Virus record (IMG/VR): IMGVR_UViG_3300034069_000432
Location: 9,219 to 73,218 of that record
Length of the DNA: 64,000 bases
Reading direction: 5' to 3' (one strand)
Source: a virus
A program made the position numbers and the translations under genes. Of the stretch, positions 54,568 through 63,478 are shown piece after piece (position 1 is the first letter of the stretch; every line of letters begins with the position of its first letter). Below the pieces are notes generated by a model that saw only the letters and a program-made list of their open reading frames with translations, had not been told where the DNA came from and made no database searches.

Positions 54568-55911
54568 TTACTCCTCGACAGGCGCGTCCGGGGCGCCGGT
54601 AACTGGTGGTTCTTCTGGATCTTCAGGCTCAACTTCGGTGCCGAATTCTTCGATTGCCGCCTCAAGCCCGGGGAGGACATTGCCCTCGACCAGAGTGGTG
54701 GTGGCGGCCTTGCTGAGCGCTTCTTGATTGAACAGCTGCGTATCCGAAAGAGTTTTGATCGTGTCGGCTACCGTCTTTCCGATGGTTGCTCGCTCTGCCG
54801 CTGTAGGCTGCCAGAGAATGCGCCAGTCGTAATAAATCTCAGTTGGCCGCGAGCCCAGCGCAGAACGGATCAGGCACTCATCGAAGATCGACAGCGTCTG
54901 GCTCAAGCCAAGCTTCTGCAGCGCACGCACGTGGTCGTAGTAGTTGCGCAGGTCAGACTCGCCGCTAGACGATAGGCCTGCCGGCGACTGTCCAAGGAAC
55001 CGCACAGCCGGCACATCAAACGCGCCGCAGACCTTCTGGTCGAACCGATCCATGATGTCTGGAAGGTTGCTGAATGAAGCGGACTTGGTCTCATAGTCCT
55101 CCTCCTTGTCCAGCATCAGCATTCCGTTGATGCCCTTACCCGTAGCAGCCAGGCTGAGACGCTGGAGAACGCGGTTGCGATACTCCTGATCGTCCATCTG
55201 CTCCATGAAGTTCGGGATCTTGACCACGTCGACCTTGGCCTCGAAAACCATACTGGCGACGTTTGCGTCTACAGACTCAGATTGCTTTACGGTGTTGGAT
55301 GCGGCCAGCAGGATTGAATCTCCCCAGCCGCGGTCCTGCACGCCCAGTAATTCGTTATCGGGATACGGCGCGCCGATGAACACGATGACGCGCGATGGGT
55401 GGATGCGTAGCTGAGGCGAGCCAGTGGGGATGTACCATTTCGGCTTGTCGAAGTATTCGGATTGCGGATCGGTTTCGGTGTCCCCCGGAGTCAGCTGGCG
55501 CTTGCTCATGACGTTCAGGTACTTGATACCGCCAGCCTGCACGCGCTCTGGATCCAGGCGCAGCGACAGGTCACGATCTCCAGTGCCGATAAAGATCGCA
55601 GCACCGCCAAACAGGCGCGCCTTGGTCATCGCCTCCTTGACTTTGTTCTGGACATTCAGGCGCTTCTCTTCGGCCTCGATAGCCTGTATCTGCTTGCTGT
55701 CCGCCTGCCATGCGCGCCACTCGCGCGTCGCGTCAAACGGCAGAATCTCGACACCCTTGCGCGCCATCCACGACCCACGATAGGCGTTGACCAACTCCTG
55801 ATCCGTGATGAACGGCATATCGAACTGGTTGTGGCTCGCCTTGTCCCGGCCAGTGCCAAGGTTGGCAACCAGGTTGACCAGCTTGTCGTTCAGGTAGCGG
55901 ACTACGCCCAT
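54568..55911 (-). CDS. Portal protein (DUF1073 family)
   Basis: AYRGSWMARKGVEILPFDATREW, ARLFGGAAI, GQSPAGL, DLRNYYD; follows terL. Confidence 0.9.
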   Translation of the reverse strand: MGVVRYLNDKLVNLVANLGTGRDKASHNQFDMPFITDQELVNAYRGSWMARKGVEILPFDATREWRAWQADSKQIQAIEAEEKRLNVQNKVKEAMTKARLFGGAAIFIGTGDRDLSLRLDPERVQAGGIKYLNVMSKRQLTPGDTETDPQSEYFDKPKWYIPTGSPQLRIHPSRVIVFIGAPYPDNELLGVQDRGWGDSILLAASNTVKQSESVDANVASMVFEAKVDVVKIPNFMEQMDDQEYRNRVLQRLSLAATGKGINGMLMLDKEEDYETKSASFSNLPDIMDRFDQKVCGAFDVPAVRFLGQSPAGLSSSGESDLRNYYDHVRALQKLGLSQTLSIFDECLIRSALGSRPTEIYYDWRILWQPTAAERATIGKTVADTIKTLSDTQLFNQEALSKAATTTLVEGNVLPGLEAAIEEFGTEVEPEDPEEPPVTGAPDAPVEE

Positions 55912-58241
55912 TAGGAAACGCCTGCGAGTGAGTATTTGCGCCGCTTCTTGGCGACAGCGAAGTATCGAAATGCGTCGGCGGCGTGCGAGCAGTTATGCAC
56001 GACAGCGCCGTTTGCCAGAGTAAAGTGCTCTACTCCCGGCACTGTCAAGCAGTATACATCCTCAACCACCGATAGTCTTGTCACGCTTTGCACTTCGATA
56101 TGCGGAAGCTTTGCAATTTGCGTGGCAAAACCGTTGCTGGTGGCCATTGTTTCGAACAAGAGCTTCGTATTCGTTCTTGCACCAGTCGCATTTTTTGAGC
56201 TCTCGCTTCCACTTTGTCCAGCCTTGAGAGGTGATAGCGTGCTGCCTATGCCACTCTCTGCCAGCAGGCGAAGCATGCCAGTCGGCAGCAGCTTTTTTTG
56301 CATCATCGCTAAACCAGCCCTTGCCAGCTCGCATAGATTTGACTTTATCAGAAAAACCTTTACCCAAATGCTCAGACGCTGGCAAGCACTCAAGATTGCC
56401 GAGCGAGTTGTTGGTTTTTTCTTCGTCGATGTGGTGTATGTGGCATCCTTCAGGGATTTCGCCAAAGGCGTCGCGCCAAACTGCTCGATGAAGTCTTTCT
56501 CCGCCAGCAGCAAAGTATCGCTCACTCGGGTATATCCGGTAGAGCTTTCCGAGAAAGTACTGGGTTGCTGGGTCAAGCCTGACAGGATCTTGAAACCCTT
56601 CTCTAGGCTTTCTGCGGATTTCCACCCGTTCGCCGTCAAGAATTTGTGCTCCGGCGTACATCTCACTGTACTTCCGTTGGCAAATAGGACCTCCACAAGT
56701 AGGGCATCCTGCTTTGTTTTCCTCGGGTTTTGATACTTCTTCCATCCGCATAGCGTCCACACCTCTCCAGTTTTTGGTAGGTCAACTATACGTTGCATTC
56801 CGTTACGCGTCAGCAGCCGTGTATCGGACGTGAAGCACCAATCGTGGAGAGGCTTATCTTTCCAGCACCCTCTTTTGTCGTCCCACTCTTTCCGATAGCT
56901 CTCCAGCGCCTTGACACCCTGCTCCGTCTTGGCGTCGTCGAACCAGCAGTGCTGAAGTATCTCACGCACAGCTTCGATACCGTCATCGATCCCAAGCTTT
57001 GGCACGACGGTGAACTTCAGCGAGTACTTCTTGCCGTCGATTTCGTAGCCTTCACGCGCAATCTCACGGCGCGTCTTACCGTCGCTGCCAAACTCCCGGT
57101 TATCGATGTCATGCGGGCCCCAGTGCTCGCTGTAGGTGTACCCCCGGTCCTTGATTACTTTCATGTAGTGCCGCAGGCCTTCGCCTGAGTTCTCGTAGAA
57201 GTCGATGACGTGATATTCTTCACCTACCTGGCGCACGAACCAGATCGCAGTCGAGTCGCCAACGCCGATGTCCCAGATCGTGAACACGGGCTGATGCGAG
57301 TTATCCGGCAGCTTGGTTATGCGCTTCTGCTCGTAAATCTTGGCGAACTGGGTCGCGTAGTACGCCCCCTCGACCGACTGCTGGAACGCCTCAGCCGGAA
57401 TCGAGGGGTACTCACGCTTCATGTCGTCGCCAAGCGTCTTCTCCTTGGACCAGTACCAGGCGCGCTGCTCGGGAGTGGTGACCACTCCGTGCTTCTGCTC
57501 AAGCTGGGTGAAGTAGTCCGTCAGCCGCTGCGGCAGCTCAGCCAGCACAGGCTCGGCGTAACCTGCATTGCGCCACCAGGAGAAGAAAAAGAATTTCCAG
57601 TCCAGACGACCCAGCGGCCGGCCGGCTATCTGGTGCTTTTCGGCGCTGTCCGAGTAGTCGAAGAAATACCCAGCGCGCCCCTCGGCCGTCGACTCGATCG
57701 TGATGAAGCAATCGGCCGCCACCGCCTCGAACGCGCCGGTAACGATCTCCCGCGCCTTGTGCGGATACTTTGCGCAGATCTTCCCGAACTCTGAAACGTG
57801 CAGGTAGCGCAGGGTACCGCCCCGGAACGATGTCGAGACGTACAGCGACCCGCCCTTGCTGAAAACCAGCTCGCCGGCACTGTCGTTGCGCGCTGGGTTG
57901 GCTTGCTTGATTTCGTCAGGGAGATTGTCGTATGCGAACTTAACTTTCTCGCGGAACAGCCTGTGAGCGTCAGGCAGTGTATGCGCGATTAGTGCGCACT
58001 TTGCTGATTCGAATAGCGCTGCGTCTAGTTGAATAATGCATTGTTCGGTAGTGAAGCCAAGTTGTCGGGCTTTGAGGATTATGTTTCGGTTGTGCATGCC
58101 GTTGTAATAATCAAGTTGCTCCTGCGTCATCTTGAATCTTACTTTCTTCCCGGCCTTGTCTGTAATTACATACAAGTTTTGCAGGCGCCATAACTTCTGA
58201 CGCAATAGAGCCAACCACTCAGGCTTCACTTGATAACTCAT
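55911..58241 (-). CDS. terL: Terminase large subunit precursor containing an intein
   Basis: IILKARQLGFTT, LHVSEFG, ESTAEG, WDIG, HDW|...|CSHAADAFRY. Confidence 0.95.
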   Translation of the reverse strand: MSYQVKPEWLALLRQKLWRLQNLYVITDKAGKKVRFKMTQEQLDYYNGMHNRNIILKARQLGFTTEQCIIQLDAALFESAKCALIAHTLPDAHRLFREKVKFAYDNLPDEIKQANPARNDSAGELVFSKGGSLYVSTSFRGGTLRYLHVSEFGKICAKYPHKAREIVTGAFEAVAADCFITIESTAEGRAGYFFDYSDSAEKHQIAGRPLGRLDWKFFFFSWWRNAGYAEPVLAELPQRLTDYFTQLEQKHGVVTTPEQRAWYWSKEKTLGDDMKREYPSIPAEAFQQSVEGAYYATQFAKIYEQKRITKLPDNSHQPVFTIWDIGVGDSTAIWFVRQVGEEYHVIDFYENSGEGLRHYMKVIKDRGYTYSEHWGPHDIDNREFGSDGKTRREIAREGYEIDGKKYSLKFTVVPKLGIDDGIEAVREILQHCWFDDAKTEQGVKALESYRKEWDDKRGCWKDKPLHDWCFTSDTRLLTRNGMQRIVDLPKTGEVWTLCGWKKYQNPRKTKQDALLVEVLFANGSTVRCTPEHKFLTANGWKSAESLEKGFKILSGLTQQPSTFSESSTGYTRVSDTLLLAEKDFIEQFGATPLAKSLKDATYTTSTKKKPTTRSAILSACQRLSIWVKVFLIKSNLCELARAGLAMMQKKLLPTGMLRLLAESGIGSTLSPLKAGQSGSESSKNATGARTNTKLLFETMATSNGFATQIAKLPHIEVQSVTRLSVVEDVYCLTVPGVEHFTLANGAVVHNCSHAADAFRYFAVAKKRRKYSLAGVS
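55992..56837 (-). mobile_element. Intein (282 aa) in TerL nuclease motif
   Basis: C1 CFTSDTRLLT, block B TPEHKF, block F VYCLTV, block G VVHN, +1 Cys. Confidence 0.95.
56062..56760 (-). CDS. HNH endonuclease nested in the -1 frame of the intein
   Basis: LHRAVW...IPEGCHIHHIDEEKTNNSLGNLECL...H; C-terminal CDWC...FCHANC. Confidence 0.88.
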   Translation of the reverse strand: MDAMRMEEVSKPEENKAGCPTCGGPICQRKYSEMYAGAQILDGERVEIRRKPREGFQDPVRLDPATQYFLGKLYRIYPSERYFAAGGERLHRAVWRDAFGEIPEGCHIHHIDEEKTNNSLGNLECLPASEHLGKGFSDKVKSMRAGKGWFSDDAKKAAADWHASPAGREWHRQHAITSQGWTKWKRELKKCDWCKNEYEALVRNNGHQQRFCHANCKASAYRSAKRDKTIGG

Positions 58242-58680
58242 CCATCAGCACACCCAAACTAGTTGGCGAGATACTGTGCTCAGTTTGAATCTTGTCGCCA
58301 TACTTCTTCGGCGCGATTTTGGATAGGTACCACTTACGTGCGTCGGCGCGGTTCTTGGCCCAGGTTACTGCGGCAGCGTCTATTGAACCATCAGGCTTCA
58401 TCGGCGGCACTTCGTCCAGGATATCGAAATACTGTTCGGCCAGCGCCTCAGTGGCGACCTCCTTGGACTTCGCGTATTGGGTGCGAAAACTCTCGTGCTT
58501 AGCCAGCCAGCGCAACACTGCGGTCTTCGCAGGCATGTCCTCAGCCTTGCACACGGTCGTCAGCGAATCGCCAGTAGCAAGCCGGTCACAGATCCGCTCA
58601 GCCAGTTCCTCGGTGTAGTCCGAAGGTCGGCCGTGAGGTTTCTTGGGAGTGGTAGGCGCTTTTTTTTTGATTACTGTCAT
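58219..58680 (-). CDS. terS: Terminase small subunit
   Basis: GRPSDYTEELAERICDRLATGDSL, RKWYLSKIAPKKYGD. Confidence 0.93.
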   Translation of the reverse strand: MTVIKKKAPTTPKKPHGRPSDYTEELAERICDRLATGDSLTTVCKAEDMPAKTAVLRWLAKHESFRTQYAKSKEVATEALAEQYFDILDEVPPMKPDGSIDAAAVTWAKNRADARKWYLSKIAPKKYGDKIQTEHSISPTSLGVLMDELSSEA

Positions 58681-59180
58681 GCCGCAACACCCAGATAACG
58701 GTTGATAGCCGCGAGATTTTCTTTCATCTCAGCAACAAGCGCCATTGCAGGATTAGCTCGATCTGGACGAGCTACTGCGAATGCCGTGTAGTCTCTGATG
58801 AATCGCTCTGCTGCGCGCTTGGCGTGGGTGTGCTCTGATTCCTGCCCGAATAGCAAATTGGTCAGGTTTTCGTGTCCGATGCGCCAGATTTCATTCTTTT
58901 CGAATTGATATGCCGCATGCTCACTTTCGAAAGAGCGAACCATAACGCGCACGACAGTTCCGCCTTCGTCCCAGATGGACTGGATGCGTTCAATTTTTGG
59001 AGAAATCATGTAGGAGGCTTTGGCGGCCTCACGCTCATGATGCATGACGCGATCGCCAGTACCCTTGCCGACGTAGAAAACCGAACCATCCCGGGAGTCA
59101 ACAAGGTGGTAGACGTAAAACCCGGTAGCAGGGAATTTTTCTCGAATCTCTTTGGGGAGGATGCGTCGAGTGAGTGCCAT
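58677..59180 (-). CDS. GIY-YIG (LEM-3-like) nuclease
   Basis: FYVYHLVD...FYVGKG...R, E...LTN. Confidence 0.85.
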   Translation of the reverse strand: MALTRRILPKEIREKFPATGFYVYHLVDSRDGSVFYVGKGTGDRVMHHEREAAKASYMISPKIERIQSIWDEGGTVVRVMVRSFESEHAAYQFEKNEIWRIGHENLTNLLFGQESEHTHAKRAAERFIRDYTAFAVARPDRANPAMALVAEMKENLAAINRYLGVAA

Positions 59181-59332
59181 GATCCGAATCTCATCTGGTG
59201 GAGTGGTTGGTGGTCATCACGATCCGTCTTCGGTGCGCACCTGGACTGGTTACCGATGCGTTCAAGGGGTGTCGGGTTTCGTGTAGGTGACCAGTATCGC
59301 ATTTTGGTGGTGGTGGTCAAGAGCCAGCAGCC

Positions 59333-59620
59333 TGTCAGCTGATGTCTTTGCTGTCTGCATTTTTGCTGATTGATTTGCTGACAACCGAAACCCTTGTGGT
59401 ATAAGGGCTGTAGCCGTTTTAACCCCCTCTATTCTATAAATCTATACCTTTTAAAGATATATATAATAAGAGAGGTATTTCTCTCTATTCTTATATAAAG
59501 GGCTATGTTTCCAAAAAAGTGCTGACAACGCTGACTCGCCTGATTTTCGATTTTTTCCTTTTGTAATCATGTAGTTGCGACGCTGACAAGTCTCTGCTGA
59601 CACTCCAGATGTTGCTGACA
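59333..59620. repeat. Candidate replication origin: GCTGACA iterons around an AT-rich core
   Basis: GCTGACA at 59377, 59521, 59582, 59596, 59614, reverse copy 59333-59339; AT-rich about 59415-59520. Confidence 0.65.
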
Positions 59621-59664
59621 AAATGGTGAAATCTGATCATTTTTTAACCATGTGCCTTCAAAGT

Positions 59665-59714
59665 GCCATCATTGGCCTCTAAATGGCCACTACTGGCCTC
59701 TAAATGGCCATCAT
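59665..59714. repeat. 21-bp tandem repeat (about 2.4 copies)
   Basis: TGGCCTCTAAATGGCCA at 59673 and 59694. Confidence 0.85.
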
Positions 59715-59725
59715 GGAGCGTGGCG

Positions 59726-59935
59726 TCACGAAAAACGAAGGACGATTAAGGTCCGGCCAACCTGCTGGCAGGAAAATCCCTTGCCATTTTTGCTATTCCT
59801 GGAAGCCATTGTTCGAACGGATTGAAACTGAAAAGGGTCATTGACCACGAACTTTCCGCCTACCTGGAGCGCGTCAAATGGGTAAATTCGAGGGCGTTTA
59901 GTCACTGGATGGGTGTGCTTTTGGACTGTCAGCAT
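59726..59935 (-). CDS. Small putative DNA-binding protein
   Basis: YPFDALQVGGKF...ASR...FS...VLRF. Confidence 0.7.
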   Translation of the reverse strand: MLTVQKHTHPVTKRPRIYPFDALQVGGKFVVNDPFQFQSVRTMASRNSKNGKGFSCQQVGRTLIVLRFS

Positions 59936-60053
59936 GGGTGGTTTCTCCCGTTATAACGTATCCGAATTCTACCATTTTTCATTCCGGGGGTATATAAACC
60001 TTGCGAGAGTCTATAAACTCCCGATCACGCGACCACCGACAGGCACCTGAACC

Positions 60054-60356
60054 ATGCGCCAACGAAACGAACAAAATACGAACCGCCTTATCAATGCAGC
60101 CAAGCAAATCCACGCCAGTGTTGGCGAGATTCCACCTGCGCATCACAAGCTAACCTTGCGCGCTTACCAGGCGCTGAAGGCCATCCATAAAAATGGCGCA
60201 ATTTATGACTACCCTGATTTCCCTAATCCGTGGCCTATAAACCCTCAGGGTCTTGTGGGTTATCTGGTGGATGAGTTAGTTAACTATGGTTACATTTACC
60301 AAGGCCAAATAACTGCTCTTGGCCGTCACCTTATTGAAACTGTCGAAGGCAAATAG
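60054..60356 (+). CDS. Hypothetical protein (winged-helix-like)
   Basis: LVNYGYI...ITALG. Confidence 0.65.
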   Translation: MRQRNEQNTNRLINAAKQIHASVGEIPPAHHKLTLRAYQALKAIHKNGAIYDYPDFPNPWPINPQGLVGYLVDELVNYGYIYQGQITALGRHLIETVEGK

Positions 60357-60359
60357 CAC

Positions 60360-63242
60360 ATGGACTTAACCAATAAAAACCGCGAGCACCTGTGCCGTAT
60401 CGTTCCTCTCGATTCAATCATTGGTCAAGTAACTGAACTCAGAAAGTCAGGCGCAGAATGGAAAGGTCTGTGCCCTATCCATAACGACAACAACCCGAGC
60501 TTTAGTATCTTCACCGGCGACGATGGCAAAGACCGTTACCGCTGCCATGCTTGCGGCGCGGGCGGGGATGCAGTTGGTTTCCTGATCGAATACCACAGCC
60601 TTAGTTACCCAGAAGCAATGGAAATGATGCTCGACTTGTCGGGCGGCGCGGCGCTTGAGTCCAGCAGCAATCAGAAGCGGGAGACGTACAAGGCTGCACC
60701 TAAGCAGCAGGTCTGGGAGGCAATCCCGGCTGACTATGAAGTCCCTGCGCCCAAGAAGCTGGACGCGCCGAAGGATGGCAAGTGGGTGTCGACGAAGGTG
60801 CTCGGGGCCTGGGCTTACCGCAGCTACGATGACCTGCTACTGGGATACACCTGCCGCATTGAACCCACTCCCGGCAAGAAAGAAGTTCTGCCGATGACCC
60901 ACAAGGTGCACAAAGAGACCGGCGAAATGTCTTTGCGTGCCGGCGCTTTGCCTATCCCGCGCAGCCTATACGGCGCTGAAATGCTCAAGAAAATGCCAAA
61001 CTCCAACGTGATATTAGTCGAGGGAGAGAAAGCTGCCGAGGCTGGCCGGCGCCTGTTGGGCAGTTTTGGCGTGATCGTGATGACTTGGCCGGGTGGCTGC
61101 AAAGCGGTTGATAAAGCTGATTGGTCCATGCTTCACAACCGCAAGGTAGTGGGTTGGCCTGACTGCGATAGCCAGCGCGACAATGACGGCAATCTCAAGC
61201 CCTACATTCAACAGCCAGGCATGGCCGCTATGCTGCGCGTTGCTGAGTTGTTGGCAGAACACAACGCACCCATGCGGATCGTGTGCGTCCCACAGCCAGG
61301 CGAAGGTGAGGGGCATTGGCCAGCGGGTTATGACTTTGCCGACCTTGAGGGCGACGGTTGGACCGGCGCCCAAGTGATGGAATATTTGCAGACCCATATG
61401 CGCGAACCTAAGGATATTGCAGTGACGAAGAAAGATGATGACCTGAACCCGCCAGAGCTCGAAGATATCCCGCTCGACAGCTACTACGATCACCATATTC
61501 CGGAAGGTGACCCTGCGCTGGAACTGGAGGTGCCGGAGAGTTTGGTGCCGGTCGCCCCTAGGCAGTTCATTGCGCAGAGCAACCGTGAGCCGTTCCGGAT
61601 CCTGGGATGGGACAACGGGAAAGCCTACTACTTGTCTGACAGCATTTCGCAGATCGTAGTCCTGGCTGCCAGTCAGCACACCAGCCATAACCTGTTCCAG
61701 CTAGCCGACTTATCCTACTGGCAGGCTAACCATGGCGTCGAGAAGAAGTCAGGAATCGTTGTCGACTACCTGGAAGCAGCGGCAACCCTGATCAAGAAAG
61801 CGAAGGCCAAGATGGTTTTCCGTCCTGAAATGATCCGCGGCAGAGGGGCGTGGTGGGACAAGGATAAATGGGCGGTGCACCTAGGTGACCGTGTGGTTAT
61901 GGGAGACGGTGAGTTTCCGCCTGTGACCTATGAGCTCGCCGACATCGAGTCGAAGTACATTTATCAGCGCTCGGTCCCGCTGAATATCTCGTTTGCTGAA
62001 CCGTTGGGCAGTAGCGAGTCGATCAAGCTTTGCCGGCTTACTGAGCGTCTGCTCTGGGATACGCCCATCAATGGCAAGCTGCTGGCAGGATACATCTTCC
62101 TGGCGCCAATCTGCGGCGCCCTGGAATGGCGGCCGCATATCTGGATTACTGGCGGACATGGTACCGGTAAGAGCTTTGTGATGGAGAAGTACGTCACCCG
62201 GATACTGAAGGGTATTGGATTGATCCTGCAAGGCAACACATCAGAAGCCGGCGCCCGGCAGCTCCTCGAGCACGATGCACTTCCGATCGTGTGGGATGAG
62301 TTCGAGAGCGATAACAAGAAGACCGAGGCACGTACTGACGACATCATGGACATGGTGACGAGGGCCAGCTCTGAGTCTGACGCAATGCTGGCGAAGGGCG
62401 GGGCGGACGGTAAGGCGACGACCTATAAAACGCGATCTATGTTCTGCTTCTCGTCTATTTCGGTCGGTATCAAGAACCCCGCAGCCGAGAGTCGGATCAG
62501 CATTTTGGGGTTGGTAAAGGTCAAGAAGGACGAGGAGACAGTCGCTCGTTTTGAGCAGCTACGCAGCGACATCGACGCCACTTTCACGCCTGAGTTCATC
62601 CAAGGCTTGCAGGCGCGAGCTATCCGCATGATCCCTGTTATCCGCAAGAACGCCACCAAGTTCGCGAACGCACTGGCGAAGCTGAAGGACGACCAGCGCT
62701 ATGGCGACCAGCATGGTGCCTTGATCGCTGGTGCCTACGCGCTGTATCGCACTAACGAAATCGATCAGGACTACGCCGACCAGTACGTCAAGAGTCAGGA
62801 CTGGGCGAAGATGCAGGTTGACGACAAGATGAGCGACGACCGACTTTGCCTGCAGCGGATCCTTAGCTGGCAGATCAAGGTTGAGACTCACGAAGGCGTT
62901 CGCACGCGGACGGTCAGCGAGCTTATCTACCTGGTAATGGGCAAGACAGAGGCGATCGAGGACAAGATAGCTCCTGATGAAGCTAAGTACGCATTAGGCC
63001 GGTCGGGCCTTGTAGCCTTTAAGGACCGCAGCAGTGGAGAGTGGGAATTCCGCGTAGCCAAACCTCACCCTGAGGTGACCAGGATGCTCGACAACACGCC
63101 GTGGAAGGTCAGCTATCACAAAACCCTTGTTCGTATCCCTGGGTCTGTGGAGAAAAAAGCGCTCGACTTTGCCAAGCAGAAAATCAACTGCACGTGCATA
63201 CCAATGGATCAGGTTTTTATAGTGGGGGCAGAAGAAGACTAA
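60360..63242 (+). CDS. DNA primase-helicase (CHC2 zinc finger + TOPRIM + SF3-like ATPase)
   Basis: CPIHNDNNPSF...CHACG; LVEGEKAAE...WPDCD; ITGGHGTGKS, VWDEFE. Confidence 0.92.
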   Translation: MDLTNKNREHLCRIVPLDSIIGQVTELRKSGAEWKGLCPIHNDNNPSFSIFTGDDGKDRYRCHACGAGGDAVGFLIEYHSLSYPEAMEMMLDLSGGAALESSSNQKRETYKAAPKQQVWEAIPADYEVPAPKKLDAPKDGKWVSTKVLGAWAYRSYDDLLLGYTCRIEPTPGKKEVLPMTHKVHKETGEMSLRAGALPIPRSLYGAEMLKKMPNSNVILVEGEKAAEAGRRLLGSFGVIVMTWPGGCKAVDKADWSMLHNRKVVGWPDCDSQRDNDGNLKPYIQQPGMAAMLRVAELLAEHNAPMRIVCVPQPGEGEGHWPAGYDFADLEGDGWTGAQVMEYLQTHMREPKDIAVTKKDDDLNPPELEDIPLDSYYDHHIPEGDPALELEVPESLVPVAPRQFIAQSNREPFRILGWDNGKAYYLSDSISQIVVLAASQHTSHNLFQLADLSYWQANHGVEKKSGIVVDYLEAAATLIKKAKAKMVFRPEMIRGRGAWWDKDKWAVHLGDRVVMGDGEFPPVTYELADIESKYIYQRSVPLNISFAEPLGSSESIKLCRLTERLLWDTPINGKLLAGYIFLAPICGALEWRPHIWITGGHGTGKSFVMEKYVTRILKGIGLILQGNTSEAGARQLLEHDALPIVWDEFESDNKKTEARTDDIMDMVTRASSESDAMLAKGGADGKATTYKTRSMFCFSSISVGIKNPAAESRISILGLVKVKKDEETVARFEQLRSDIDATFTPEFIQGLQARAIRMIPVIRKNATKFANALAKLKDDQRYGDQHGALIAGAYALYRTNEIDQDYADQYVKSQDWAKMQVDDKMSDDRLCLQRILSWQIKVETHEGVRTRTVSELIYLVMGKTEAIEDKIAPDEAKYALGRSGLVAFKDRSSGEWEFRVAKPHPEVTRMLDNTPWKVSYHKTLVRIPGSVEKKALDFAKQKINCTCIPMDQVFIVGAEED

Positions 63243-63279
63243 CCACTCATCGCCCCGCTGATTATTCCGCAATTATTAG

Positions 63280-63308
63280 TTGACGCACGATCGTGGCGGG
63301 GTAATACT
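63280..63308 (+). promoter_or_regulatory. sigma70-like promoter with upstream operator
   Basis: ATTCCGCAATTAT 63264-63276, TTGACG-17-AATACT. Confidence 0.65.
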
Positions 63309-63334
63309 CGCCACACAGACACAGGAGACCAGCC

Positions 63335-63478
63335 ATGAACCTCATCACCCTGATCCAGCAAGCCCGCCGCATGAACCACCAAGCGATCCATTTCCGCGCT
63401 GCAGGCCGCCACCTTACCGCCAGCCTGTGCGTTGACTTCCGCAATATCAACATGCGCCACGCTCGGGAGCTGGCGTGA
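63335..63478 (+). CDS. Small hypothetical protein (47 aa)
   Basis: AGGAG RBS, MNLITLIQQARR. Confidence 0.6.
   Translation: MNLITLIQQARRMNHQAIHFRAAGRHLTASLCVDFRNINMRHARELA

Noticed and set aside
54568-55911. Anti-CBASS label sometimes attached to this family by automated pipelines
   Set aside because: Size, motifs and position directly after terL identify it as the portal; no phosphoesterase domain is visible.
55936-56733. 265 aa + strand ORF across the intein, suggesting triple coding
   Set aside because: It is the codon-aligned antisense of the HNH frame and has no recognisable motif; most likely a shadow.
59006-59320. 104 aa - strand ORF upstream of the GIY-YIG gene
   Set aside because: It overlaps the nuclease gene out of frame, with low-complexity translation and no motif.
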